Source of the DNA: Felis catus
Taxonomy: Eukaryota
DNA length: 64,000 nucleotides
Direction: 5' to 3'
NCBI RefSeq assembly: GCF_018350175.1
Contig: NC_058368.1
Location: 181,972,001 to 182,036,000, forward strand
Below the pieces are notes generated by a model that saw only the letters and a list, made by a program, of their open reading frames with translations, searched no databases and was not told the origin of the DNA. The position numbers were made by a program, and so were the translations under genes. Position 1 is the first letter of the stretch, and each line of letters begins with the position of its first letter. This document shows, piece by piece, positions 36,696 to 48,470 of the stretch.

Positions 36696-38444
36696 AATCA
36701 ATGTATTTTTAATTATAAAAAAATTTAAAAGATTGCTGACTTATTAACTATTGGGAGAAGGAAAAAGTAAAAACATAATGGATGGGGACTGGAATGTAGA
36801 ATTCTGAGCTGAGGTTTTCTAAAGATGTGGACCTCCTTTGAGAGAGATTGTAGATGGAGTACACTGAGTAAGAGAAGAGAGAGATGTACTTATTCAGAGA
36901 TTTGACGTTAAAGATCTTTTAAGGCACTCAAGTATATTAAAATTCAAAAAATAAAAAATAATTTTTAAAAGTGTTTGCTTTTTAATATTTTATTTAACAA
37001 ACTGTGTATTTGTACTGTTGCATTTGAAAATAGCATCATACTTCTCAATTCGTTTTAAAGAATGTTAGCTCCAGGTTAAGTAACTCTGTGGCTATCCTTC
37101 TTTTAATTATGTACCCAAGTAAGAGTGGATACTAAAGAGGGAACATGGCTATTACTTACATGTTTAAAAATGGCTCATTCTTCTAGGTCACCTTTCCAGA
37201 ACTGGAACCTTAGTTGGCAGTTCGAGGCCAAGCCACAATAACCTTAAATAAGGATTATTCTCTTAATAGCTCAACTTGATCAAACACCAAAAATTGTTAT
37301 GGTGCCAAAAGTGACAGCAATGTTTTCCCAGGATAAAAATGTGTTGTTAGCCAACAGCTGAATGGGAACTTGCATTAGCAGATAAAGTACTAATCATCTC
37401 AACTCCAGGACAGCTGTTCTTGTCAAAGACATATTCCTAAATAAACAGAGTTCAGTGGTGTACTCACAAATAGTTCTATTCATATGAGAAAACTAATCAC
37501 AAGAGATCATTCAGGAAAATTGGCAGTGTCTGGCTAAGCAAGTTCCAGGCCTCTGCCTACCTGCAGAATGAATCATTTGTTATACCCTGAGAAGGTACAA
37601 TCTCCAGCTCAGGGCAGGGGTCAATAGCAATGCCGTGTGATGGAGGTACACGTTTATGGCCATATGTACTCTCTACCTGGTCTATGAATAAAAAGGCAGA
37701 GCTACCTCAGCATTATCATTCCCCTGACCTTCATGAGTGGAGCTGTCCCAGCAGGGAAAAAAAAAACAGCAGGGGAAGAAGAGGGAAAATTAAAATGTTA
37801 AAACTATATTATAGCTCATTTGTGACCTTTAAAAAAAATAGACGAGAATATTAGGCTGGAGTGGATACAACAACGTGTGACAGCTGTAAAGTTATAGATT
37901 TTTTTTCTTTTTCTGAGTGGCTTTCTACCAAAATCTTAAACAATAAGCAGACCCTGCATGTTTCTTGCTGGCTGGCAGCCAGAGAAAATTCAGAATTTTG
38001 ATCAGCGCTTAACTATTGAAAGAAATTCGCCTTGAATTTCAGAGCATTCCTCTATTCTATAAGCTATTTGCAGGGTTTGTCAAAGAGTCAGTTCCTATTA
38101 ATAAGGCAACGCAAAATGTTGCAGATTCAAAGTTATGCAACGATATTCTTTTTCCCTAAACTTCCGTGTTGGTTTGCTAAGTGAATTCAGCATGACAAGC
38201 AAACATTTGAAGCCACCTGTGTTAGTATAAGAATACTTCAAGAATATCTGTGTTAGAAATGATGGCAAGTGTCAATATATTCCAACTACCTAGAACATTC
38301 AAATTTAAAAACCAAAATATGATTGCCGTTAGAGTGATGTGCTGAAGCCTGAAGATATACTGTTACTATGTATAGGATGAAAGAATTTTATTGTCCCTAA
38401 GAAAAGGAGTCCCAAGGTATCCTAGGTGACTTCATCTTTGAAAA

Positions 38445-38446
<2 letters not shown>

Positions 38447-38475
<29 letters not shown>

Positions 38476-38490
38476 ACAAACAAACAAACA
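38447..38490 (+). repeat. Compound (AAGC)n(AAAC)n microsatellite
   Basis: Direct reading. Confidence 0.95.
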
Positions 38491-40460
38491 AGTCCACCCA
38501 GGATTAAGAAATTAATTAAGAATTTCTTTTGCTCTAAACAAAACAATCTTCTATTTGGTGGAGGGGGGAGAATACAATATAGGGTTTTTAATGTTCCCAC
38601 TTTCTTTGACATCTTTGGGTAATCAACGTTTGGCTCATGCTGCTTACTTTAATTCTCAAACATTTTATTATCTCTCTTTACTCTCTAAAGGGCGTTTTAT
38701 TGGGTTACTGATATTTTTAAATGGTCATTTAATTTCCACCTTTTTTTATGGGCTGGATAATCACAAACAAATCTATTTAACCTCTAGGCTTCAACTCAGG
38801 GTAAAGGTAATTTAAAATACTATTTTTGGGTGATGGACTGACCACACATAAGAAACATCATTATAGGTCAGTCAAAATTAATATGGAGATTATCAGGCAT
38901 CAAAAGTTATCTTGTAGAAGCTGCAGAATACGTTTGCAATCTGACTTTGTGGAATATCTATTACAAATGAGAAAAAAACCTCAGTGGTTTTTGCAGAATC
39001 CCATTTTCTTAATAGGAAATTGATGAATGACAGCATCTGGCAGGAAGAAAAAAGCATATGGTCTAACTAACTCTTTCTATAGAGGTTAAAAACAGCTTTG
39101 GAATTTCTCTGGTTGCCATTATGATTGACAGACCATCAAATAAATCATTCACTTTTCTTCCCCCCCTCCATTGGTCCCATGTACTGACAAAGACACAGGG
39201 GGAAATCGGCAGTGTGGTGTATGAGAAATTAGACATGCAATGCCCATTGCCCATTAACATAAATGGATTTTTTTGCACCTAATTCCCTACACACCATGCA
39301 AAAATCTACCCGCAGGACATGGAGTATGCATGTTTTCTTGTTCTTTCTATTTATAATTTTTAATTATTAATTTCATATATAATTGGTTTCTTTAGAGAAT
39401 GAAATGTCTAGTTGGCTATCTAAAACACTGTTTCAGAGTCTTGGGGCTTGATGCTGCAAAAAGATGGGCTAATACTGAAAGATGTTATGGTATGTAATAC
39501 AAACAATGAAAATTAGGCTGAGAGGTCTTGAATGGAGTTAGGCTAATTAAACAATTCTCAGTGTTTAAGTTCTTGCTTCCTTCTCCAGGGTATACTGCCA
39601 ATCATGTCATCTTGGGGGATCTCTCTGGTCTGCCCTCACCTCCAGGCTCACTTAATAAATGCAACCCTCAAATAACTTATCAAATATTTTTACTATAAAA
39701 TGAAAACTGTTTTGGTGTTTTCAACTCAATCTCTTTCTCTCTTCTTTTTTTCCAAGTCACTTTAAATACTCATAGAACAGTGATAGAAAGGAGACGCTTG
39801 TCTAATTATCACATGTTCTATAACTTCCTCTTCATTTGCGCAATTCCAGCCCAAGCTTTGTTTGTGTACCTCCAGTGACCAGAAACTTATCATCTCATGA
39901 AGCAGCTTATTCTGTCATCAGTCAGTTCTGTATGGTGGCTGACCTCCAACGTGGCACCCAATAGTGCTCACCTCCTCAGATTTCTCTTCTTGCCCGGTAG
40001 TCTGTGCCTCCAGACATCAAAGAGGCCCTACCTCTACGAATGCTGGGACATTGTGGAAGTGATGGTGTGTGACTTCCAAGACTGACTCCTAAGAGATATA
40101 ATTGTTCCAACTTGCTATCTCATGGATCACTATTTAGAGAAGCCAGCTTCCATAGCCTGAGGACACTCAAAAATCCTTGCAGGGAGATCCACATGTGGGG
40201 GGAAAGGCACATGTGAACAAACAACTAAGTCTCCTGCCAACAATCACCAGCCACTTGGAAGCCATGTGAAGTGGCCACTTTGGTAGTAGGTCATTCAGCC
40301 TTAGTCAAACCCTAAGAAAACTACAGCCTTGTCAACAACTACAGCCTCTTGAAAGATCCCAAGCCAGAACCACCCAGCTAAGCCACTCCTGACTCCCTGA
40401 CTCACAGAAACTGAGATAACAAATGTTTACTGGTTTTTTAAGCTATTTAGTTTGGAATTT

Positions 40461-41067
40461 TGTTTTTCTTGTTGTTGTTGTTTCAAATTTTTATTTAAAT
40501 TCTAGTTAGTTAACATATAGTGTAATATTGGTTTCAGGTGTAGAATTTAGTGATTCATCACTTACATACAGTACCCAGTGCTCATCATAACAAGTGCCCT
40601 CCTTAATGCCCATCACCCATTTAGCCCATCTCCCCTCCCACCTTCCTTCCAACAATCCTCAGTTTGTTTACTATAGTTAGGGATCACTTATGGTTTGTTT
40701 CCCTTTCTTTTTTTTCCCTTTTCCTATATATCCATCTGTTTTGTTTCTTCTTCAAATAAATGTTTATTCATTTTGAGAGAGAGAGAAAGAGAGAGACCAA
40801 GTGAGCAGGGAGGGGCAGAGAGAGGGCGAGAGAGAGAATCCCAAGCAGGCTCTGGGCTGCAGTGCAGAGGCCTATGTGGGGCTGCATCTCATGAAGCATG
40901 AGATCATGACCTTAGCCAGAATCAATCAGACTCTTAGTCAAGAGTCAGGTGCTTAACAAACGAAGCCACCTACCTAGGTGGCCCCATCTGTTTTGTTTCT
41001 TAGATTTCACATATGAGTGAAATCATATGGTATTTGTCTTTCTCTGACTGACTTACTTCTCTTAGCA
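40461..41067 (-). mobile_element. Carnivore L1 3' end (5'-truncated)
   Basis: ttagttaacatatagtgtaatattggtttcaggtgtagaatttagtgattcatcac...gtgaaatcatatggtatttgtctttctctgactgac; TSD tagtttgg(a/g)att. Confidence 0.92.
40750..40983 (-). mobile_element. SINEC inside L1
   Basis: Perfect 18-bp TSD ccatctgttttgtttctt at 40732 and 40984. Confidence 0.95.
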
Positions 41068-41274
41068 TAGTTTGGGATTATTTTTATAGAGAATATGTAA
41101 ATGAATAATGTATAGATTGTATCAAAGTCTTTTTATTATTCCTAGCTCACCTATTGAGGACTTAAGAAATCAGTGAAATCCCCTTTTCATACGATACCAA
41201 GTACCAGATGATCATAAATCTTTCTGATTCTTGTCTTCCCTGGGTAAAACATACTCAGTGTCTTCAGTATTTTG

Positions 41275-42045
41275 GTCCTCTGCTCTAATTTCTCACTCTA
41301 GGTCTTCTTTCTGAGTCATCTCACTCACCTCTATCACCCTGAGCTCCTTCACACTGTTACACAAGTATTTCTGATTGTCTCTTATTCAGACTTCACTAAT
41401 GGTTTAAAAGTACCTCAAACTCACAAGATCAGAGTTCAACACCTCATTTAACATTTTCATCCAAATTTGTTCTCTAAAAATGTTTGGTCTATCTTGTCTA
41501 ACTGCAATGCTAGCCACCCATATTTCCAAATGATAAACCCAATATATTTTATGCTCCTCTTTATAACAGAGAATTCTGAACACATCACTCTCTTGCTTAA
41601 GATTCCTTTGGAACACTCTGCTGCCTTCAGGATAGAATGGATCTAAACTTATAAGCACTACAATCAAAGACTTTATAATCTAGCCAGTGCCAGCCTTTTC
41701 TATCACTTTCCATAACTCACCCCAGTCATACTGAACTATCTGCAAGCTGTTTCATATGCTAGGGACTTTGCATATGCCATTCTCTATGCTTTGAGTGGCT
41801 TTTTCTCACACTGACTTATTACCCCCTCGGCACTTCTACCAACTAAAAGAAAAGGAATAGTGACTCTTGAAAACTTGCCTTCAAAGTAAATCTTTCCCTG
41901 CTTCCCTCTACCCTGCATCATTTCCTCTCTGTAACACTTCAGCTATTATACCATGTTTTATACTGTGTTTGTTCATGAAGGTATACTCTACTAATCACTG
42001 ATTTTCTAGATAGTGCATGTCGTATTCATATGTAGCATTACTGAA
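41275..42045 (+). mobile_element. L2 fragment
   Basis: catcactctcttgcttaagattcctttgg...ttcaggatagaatggatctaaactt...gggactttgcatatgccattctct. Confidence 0.7.
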
Positions 42046-42054
42046 TCATGCAGC

Positions 42055-42830
42055 TAACCAAAAGCATTTACTGAGTAATTTTTCTACTGTATACCAGTGA
42101 CTTTTACAGATTCTGGTAATACCATAGTTAACAATACAGATAAAATCCCTGTCCTGAAGAATCTTATATCTTAGGGGGCACCTGGGTGGCTAAGTAGGTC
42201 AAGCATCTCTTGACTCTTGATTTCAGCTCAGGTTATTATCTCATGGTTCATGGGGTCAAGCCCTCCATTGGGCTCCATACTGACAGCACAGAACCTGTTT
42301 GGGATTCTTTCTCTATCTCTCTCTCTGCTTCTCCTCTGCTCTCTCTCTTCCTCTCTCAAATAAATAAACTTAAAAATTTTTTTAAGTTTATATTTTACTG
42401 AAAGGTATAAACAGACAACAATAAACATATATTATGTCAGATGGTAATAAAAGTAATAAAGTAGGATGCATTTAGAAAGTATGCTTGTCAATGCAGGAGG
42501 ATGTTGGAATTTTATATATGGTGATCAGGGAAGGCCTTTCTGATAAGGTGACTTTTACACAGATACCTAAAGGAAAGGAGGGGAACAAGCTCTTGATAAC
42601 TGGGGCAAGAACATCCCAAGCAAAAGGAAGAATGTGATGGTCCTGAGGCTAGAAAATACTGGAGGTGCTTAAGGAATTTCTAGAAGCCCTATGTGGCTGG
42701 TAAGGTGAGGAAAAAAGAGTGGGAAAGGCCATGAGGTCAGAGAGAAGTCACGGGAGGGATACTGCAGGCTCTTGTAGCCATGGTATGGGATTTGAATGTT
42801 ACAGGTGTATAAAGTGGAAGTCAAAGGGAG
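42055..42830 (-). mobile_element. L2 fragment (antisense) containing a SINE
   Basis: catttactgagt...cagataaaatccctgtcctg; tcagggaaggcctttctgataaggtgacttt. Confidence 0.75.
42174..42378 (+). mobile_element. SINEC
   Basis: gggggcacctgggtggctaagtaggtcaagc...(CT)n...aaataaataaac. Confidence 0.93.
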
Positions 42831-43639
42831 GTTGTGCAAAAAGGTGTTAAGACTAGACTGTAGGAACAAAGGTGGTGTCTTATTACCTTCAATATATTTC
42901 CTAAATAACTGCCTTATCATAGTTGTCATAAATCAAGGTTGTCATATATCAAGGTTGTCATAAATATCAGATATATGATTACCATTATCAAGGTCCTTGG
43001 GCCAATCTAAGCACCATTCTCAGGGCATAGATTAGTTTATGTCCCTTTTTAATTGCCATAATCAAAAACTAGACAAAGGCACACAAGTTTAATCTGACAA
43101 GAAAAGTGAAGAGACGTGTATTCCATAATATTTCAATCAGTAAATTCCATAGATATTTTCTTTGTGGCAGACAAAAGACACCATTGACTCATCTATATTA
43201 GAGTTAATGAGTACTTGTTCTCAACAGTCCTATTCTTGAGCCACTCAGTCTAGGGAGAATTCAAGTAAAGGAGCGTGCATTTACCTTCATCAAATTTATC
43301 TTATTTAATAATATCATTAGGAATTGAAGATATATAATGCTGTAGCTCAGTTTAACAAATACTTAACGAACATCTAATATAAGCTGGTTCTTTCCTATTG
43401 GGCACCAGATAAGTTTAGCATAGTATTCCACATCTCTTACAAAGATGGTTTTGTTTTTGTTTCTCATCTTGCGAATTTTTAAAACATTTCTTGAGTTTTT
43501 GTAAAACAACTAGTTGACTGACTTATGTTTTGTAGTTTACATGGATGCTCTCACATACTCTGGACTATTGTACTTTGTGTTCAAGGCAGTTAGAATTTTC
43601 CTCTCTGGGACACAAAAATGTTGAATTGGTGTCACAGAC

Positions 43640-44065
43640 ACTGTCCATCCTCTATGTATATCTCCTCCTCCCTTTACCATATTCCTGCAAAAATATTCAG
43701 AGTGTGCTTTTACTCCCAACAGTGTATACCTGTATCTGTTGCAGAAAGTGCCCAGAAATTCACATCCCACCTCCTCCCCCAACTACATTAGCTGGTTTAA
43801 CCAAGGACCAATGAAACCAGAATAGCTGGCTTAATTAAAATAGAATGGCTCTTTTGCCCAGGTAGGAAAAGTTCTGAGTATGATCTACACAGTCTCCAAA
43901 GATCCTCTGTGAAAATAAGCCAAAGTACTCCAAAGTACTTTGCTTGATACCTTATCTGTGGTTGACCTCCTTCCCTTCTTAGCCCCACTTGTTCGTTTCT
44001 GAGGAAATCTTCCTGAAGTCTTCCCAAGTTGATGTACATGTGACAGACAACCATGCATTCTTCCT
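43640..44065 (+). mobile_element. LTR16-like ERVL LTR remnant
   Basis: aattcacatcccacctcc...tgcttgataccttatctgtggttgacctccttcccttc...cttcctgaagtcttccca. Confidence 0.55.
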
Positions 44066-44989
44066 ACCTCTCCCAATGTTTTTTCTCATTAACTTACTGT
44101 GGAGATTTACTTTATTAACTCTTTTTCTGATGAAGCCATATTTTAATCTATCCTATACGTGATCTTTATTCCTCTATCTATTCCTCAGGAATGCCAAAGG
44201 GAATTCACATTATCATTCTTGTTATTCTAAAAAAGAAGTTTGTTTTAGTTTGAAGTTAAAAATCTCTTAGTGAGACAATGTTGAGCTTAAGTTATTCTCA
44301 CTACCTTTTCTAAGTGCTCAAAGAATCCTTCCAGAATTTTGGACCTCAAATCCAGTGATATGAAGCTAGTGTACAGAAACCTTTTTCCATCAGTGAAAGC
44401 CAAGATTACATTTTTCTCCTACACTGTGCTTTAGAAATTCTTGCTTTCTCAACAATCTCTATTCTCTTGAGATTTAACTAATGACAGAATACTCAAGAGA
44501 GAATGAATAGATCTGGACCCTGTCCTCTAACATGCCCACAGTGTGTAATATTAGACAAGAGACATACTCTCTCTGGATCCCAATGCTACATTAAAAAAAA
44601 ATGAAAAGAAAAAGAAAGAAAATAAAAAAGAAAAGAAAACAAAAGAAAAGAAAGAGAAAAGAGAAGAAAAAAAAAGGAAAATTGGGCCATATGCCCAAAT
44701 GTCCAAGAGTAAGTGGATGGGTTAGAGGAATATACTACTTTGTTCACTCAGTGGAGAACTGTTCAAATCTAATTTTGGTTGTTACTATTTACTTCCAGTC
44801 TAGTTACAAATATGTTTTAAGCTATGTAAAAATAGTTATTCATAATAAACAATATGGGAGTATTTATAATATAGGCAACATAAATTGGTACATTTATTTT
44901 ATTGTAATTATACACTATTGATTAATCACTTTAAACAGATAATTTGGATGGAAGCATAGTGAGTCATATTTTTACTCTTAATAAGTTTC

Positions 44990-45585
44990 AGTAAACTTTT
45001 TATAATATTTTTTATCACAAATAATATATTACTTATTTTTAGAAAAAAATTAGAAGTCTCCTTTCAACTGTCAAGTCTTACCACTTTGGTTCAAAGGTAA
45101 GCCATACCTTCATCTCAGTGTATGTCCTTCTAGACCATTTTCTATACCTTCATATACATGTAGGTGCATATGGAGGTATGCTGGTGTCACTGCTATTACT
45201 TTCCATTTTTAAACAAAAATGGGAACACATTTGTATGTACTGCTTTCTGCTATCCCTTGTCAATATGTAGTACCCATTATTTTCAATGTCAGCTGAAGAT
45301 TCTACACTATGGATATTCTATAAACTATTCAATTATCCTCTAATCCATTAAGACTTTATATGCTTTTAACCTTTTGTATTTCTTTTTCTGTAAATTGCAT
45401 GTTCACATCCTTTGCCCAATTTTTTTTATTGGTTTGCCTTTTTCTTACTGGAACTAATTGATGAATTCTGGATATTACTCTTTTGTCTGTCATATATTTT
45501 CAAATATCTTCAGTGTGTTTCTCACTTTGTAAGTTCTTTATATTATATTCCATCATATAGACATTTAAAAAATCTATAAAGCCAG
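44990..45585 (-). mobile_element. Old L1ME-type fragment (resumes at ~49000-49620)
   Basis: tttttctgtaaattgcatgttcacatcctttgcccaattttttttattgg. Confidence 0.75.
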
Positions 45586-46146
45586 AGTGATGTCAGTGAC
45601 AATGGCATTGCAGATAGCACCAAGATCCCATTTCTCCATAGATACACCAACAAATGAAGCAAAAATTGTCAGGATCTACTATGTCAGAAGTCTGTAAAGA
45701 AGTAAAAAATTTGTAGTAGCCAAATGGAACTTTTATCTGGCCCTGCCCCACATCCTTGTTTGGCTTATTGAAAGTACTGAAGATGACCACAGACGTACCC
45801 AGTGTGGGAATCTATCTCTGGTTCCAGAAGAAGCAGAGCACTTCTCTTCTCATTCACAAAGGACTGTATTGATTCTGTCAGGAGACTACTTACAGGACTG
45901 CTGCAAGGTGCTTGTTTTGGTGTCACCTAAATCATAATTCACTCAAGGTTGCAAATTAGCAGGCATTCTTCCAAAACATGTAGGACAAATGAAATAACCC
46001 ATTATTTCCTGATGTAAAGGACTGGTTGAGGTGTATGACAGAGGACTGAAAACCTGGGAGGAAAATCTGCAAAGAGAGTTTCTTTGAGAAATTAGGCTAT
46101 TCAAAAGCTTCCCGTATATACTTTGGAATTTAGAAAGCCATGCCAT

Positions 46147-46430
46147 AAGAGACTCTTAAATACAAGAACAAACTGAGGGTTGATGAGGATTGGAGGTGGG
46201 TGGGTTAGATGGGTGATGGGCATTAAAGAGGGCACTTTTCAGGATGAGCACTGGGTGTCATATGTAAGAGATCAATCACTGGATTCCACTCCTAAAACCA
46301 AGACTACACTGTATGTTAACTAACCTGAGAATGAATGAATGAATGAATGAATGAATGAATGAGTAGGAGAAGAAGAAGAAGTGGAGGAGGAGGAGGAGGA
46401 GGAGGAGGAAGAGGAGGAGGAGGAAAAACA
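46147..46430 (+). mobile_element. Feline/carnivore L1 3' tail with (GAAT)n and (GGA)n tail microsatellites
   Basis: agagactcttaaatac...gatgggcattaaagagggcac...gatgagcactgggtg...actgtatgttaactaac; TSD-like aagccat. Confidence 0.9.
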
Positions 46431-46729
46431 GAAAAGGAAGCCATATACACGCCCAGGGCAGAAGGCATGCTCAGAAAAGACCTGAGTAGACCCCAAGCTT
46501 TCAGCTCTAGTTAACATCTAGGCCCAGCGCAAGCAGAAAGTTAAGGCTAAGGCAGAGTTAGAAATGGGATGGTTAAACATTAAAGGAGTGCTGTCACAGA
46601 GTCAACCTGCAAAGACTGGAAGAGTTTTTCCTTTCTTTTTATTCTCTCTCCCTCTCTCCCTCTCTCTCCCCTCCCCCCTTCTGGCCTCCAAGAAAATCTG
46701 TCAAACCTATGTAACAACAAGGTAAAGGA

Positions 46730-46865
46730 ATGTTGTATGGTGACAGATGGTAACTACACTTAGTGTGGTGAGCATAGCATAATGTATAGTATTGTCAAAT
46801 CACTATATTATATACCTGAAACTAATATAACATTGTACATCAAGCATTCTTCAGTTTAAAAAAGT
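46730..46865 (+). mobile_element. Carnivore/L1MA-type L1 3' tail fragment
   Basis: gtatggtgacagatggtaactacact...atacctgaaactaatataacattgtacatcaa. Confidence 0.85.
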
Positions 46866-47218
46866 AACAAATATTTTATATAAAGAATGCAGGCTTTACA
46901 AAATATTTTAGAGATTACAGATAACAAATACAGATTTAACAAAATACAAAAGGCATTAAACAAACAGCTACAGCCTACATCTATAAAAACAAAACAAACC
47001 CTGAGAAGGGAGAAGAATGTGATTTCCAGAGTTATTACATTATAATATTCACAATGCCCAGTTTTCAGGAAAAAAATAAAGAAAGATAAAATGAAAGCTA
47101 AGAATCATTAATAAAAACTGTCCCTGAGGAAGCACAGACATTGGACTCACTAGACAAAGATTTTAACTCAAATGTCTCAAATATGTTCAATGAGCTAAGG
47201 AAAAAGAAAAAGAATTAC

Positions 47219-47221
<3 letters not shown>

Positions 47222-47260
<39 letters not shown>
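47222..47260 (+). repeat. (CA)n microsatellite
   Basis: Direct reading. Confidence 0.97.
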
Positions 47261-47263
<3 letters not shown>

Positions 47264-47336
47264 CCAAAACCCCCAAAGAGGAGAATAATGTATGAATAAA
47301 TAGAGAATATCAATAAAGAGGTAAAAATTATAAAGT

Positions 47337-47624
47337 GGGGGCACATGGGTGGCTCAGTTGGTTAAGGGTGCAACTTCAGCTCAGGTCATGATCTCATGGT
47401 TCAAGAGTCTGAGCCCCACACTGGGCTCTCTGTTGGCAGTGCAGAGCCTACTTGAGATTCTTGCTCTCTCCTTTCTCTCCCTGCTCCTCCCTCGTTCATG
47501 CTTTCTCTCTCTCAAAATAAATAAATAAACTTAAATATATATATATATATTTAAGTTTATTTATTTATATATATATTATATATATTATATATATTATATA
47601 TATTTATTTATTTATATATTTATA

Positions 47625-47660
<36 letters not shown>
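47337..47660 (+). mobile_element. SINEC with expanded (TA)-rich tail
   Basis: gggggcacatgggtggctcagttgg; tail 47514-47660 is AT-only apart from one C and one G; TSD-like ataaa(g/a)tgg. Confidence 0.94.
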
Positions 47661-47666
<6 letters not shown>

Positions 47667-48164
47667 GAGTCAAACAGAAATTCTGGATCTGAAAAGCACA
47701 GGAACTAAAGTGAAAAATTCTTGAGATAATTTCAAACACCAGAACTGAGCAGGCAAAAGAAAGGATCTAGAGAATTAATGGTGGGCCAGTTGAAATCATC
47801 CAATCTGAATAACAGCAAGAAAACTGAAAGAACAAAATGAACAAGGCCTAAGAGACCTGTGAGGTGCCATTAAAAATACTATAACATACTTTGAATAGGA
47901 ATCCCAGAAAAGGAGAGGTAAAATGATATAGAGAGACTATTTGAAGAAATAATGGTCCCAAATTCCCCCAATTAAATATAAGTACAAATCTACGCATCCA
48001 AGAAATTCCATGAACTCTGAGAAGGATAAATGTGAAGAGACACACATAAAGACACATTACAGTCAATTTACTGAAAGCCAAGGATAAACAATCTTGAAAA
48101 CAGCAAAAGAGAAGTAAGTCAACATATACAAGTTATCCTCAACAAAATTAACAGCAGAATTCTT

Positions 48165-48470
48165 TTTTTTTCTTTTTTAAATATAATTTATTGACAAATT
48201 GGCTAACATACTGTGTGTAAAGTGTACTCTTGGTTTTTTGGGTAGATTCCCGCGGTTCATCACTTTTATACAACACCCAGTGCTCATCCCAACAAGTGCC
48301 CTCCCTCAATGCCCATCACCCATTTTCCCCTCTTCCCCACCCTCCATCCACTCTGTTTTTTCTCTGTATTTAAGAGTCTCTTGTGGTCTGCCTCCCTCCC
48401 TCTCTGTAACTATTTCTTTTCCCCTTCCCTTCCCCCATGGTCTTCCGTTAAGTTTCTTATAAGCTTCTTG
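48165..48470 (-). mobile_element. Feline L1 (L1_Fc-like) 3' end, heavily 5'-truncated
   Basis: aatttattgacaaattggctaacatac...caacacccagtgctcatcccaacaagtgccctcc; perfect 14-bp TSD acagcagaattctt at 48151 and 48471. Confidence 0.93.

Larger units (their letters stand above)
39931..41112 (+). mobile_element. MLT1F-like LTR interrupted by an L1 3' end
   Basis: tggtggctgacctccaacgtggcacccaat...gtgtgacttccaag...ccagaaccacccagctaagccactcctga...ttttaagctatttagtttgg. Confidence 0.85.
39845..41270 (-). mobile_element. L3/CR1 fragment split by MLT1F (pieces ~39845-39930 and ~41115-41270)
   Basis: tacctccagtgaccagaaacttatcatctcatgaagcagc...cagttctg resumes as attgtatcaaagtctttt. Confidence 0.55.
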
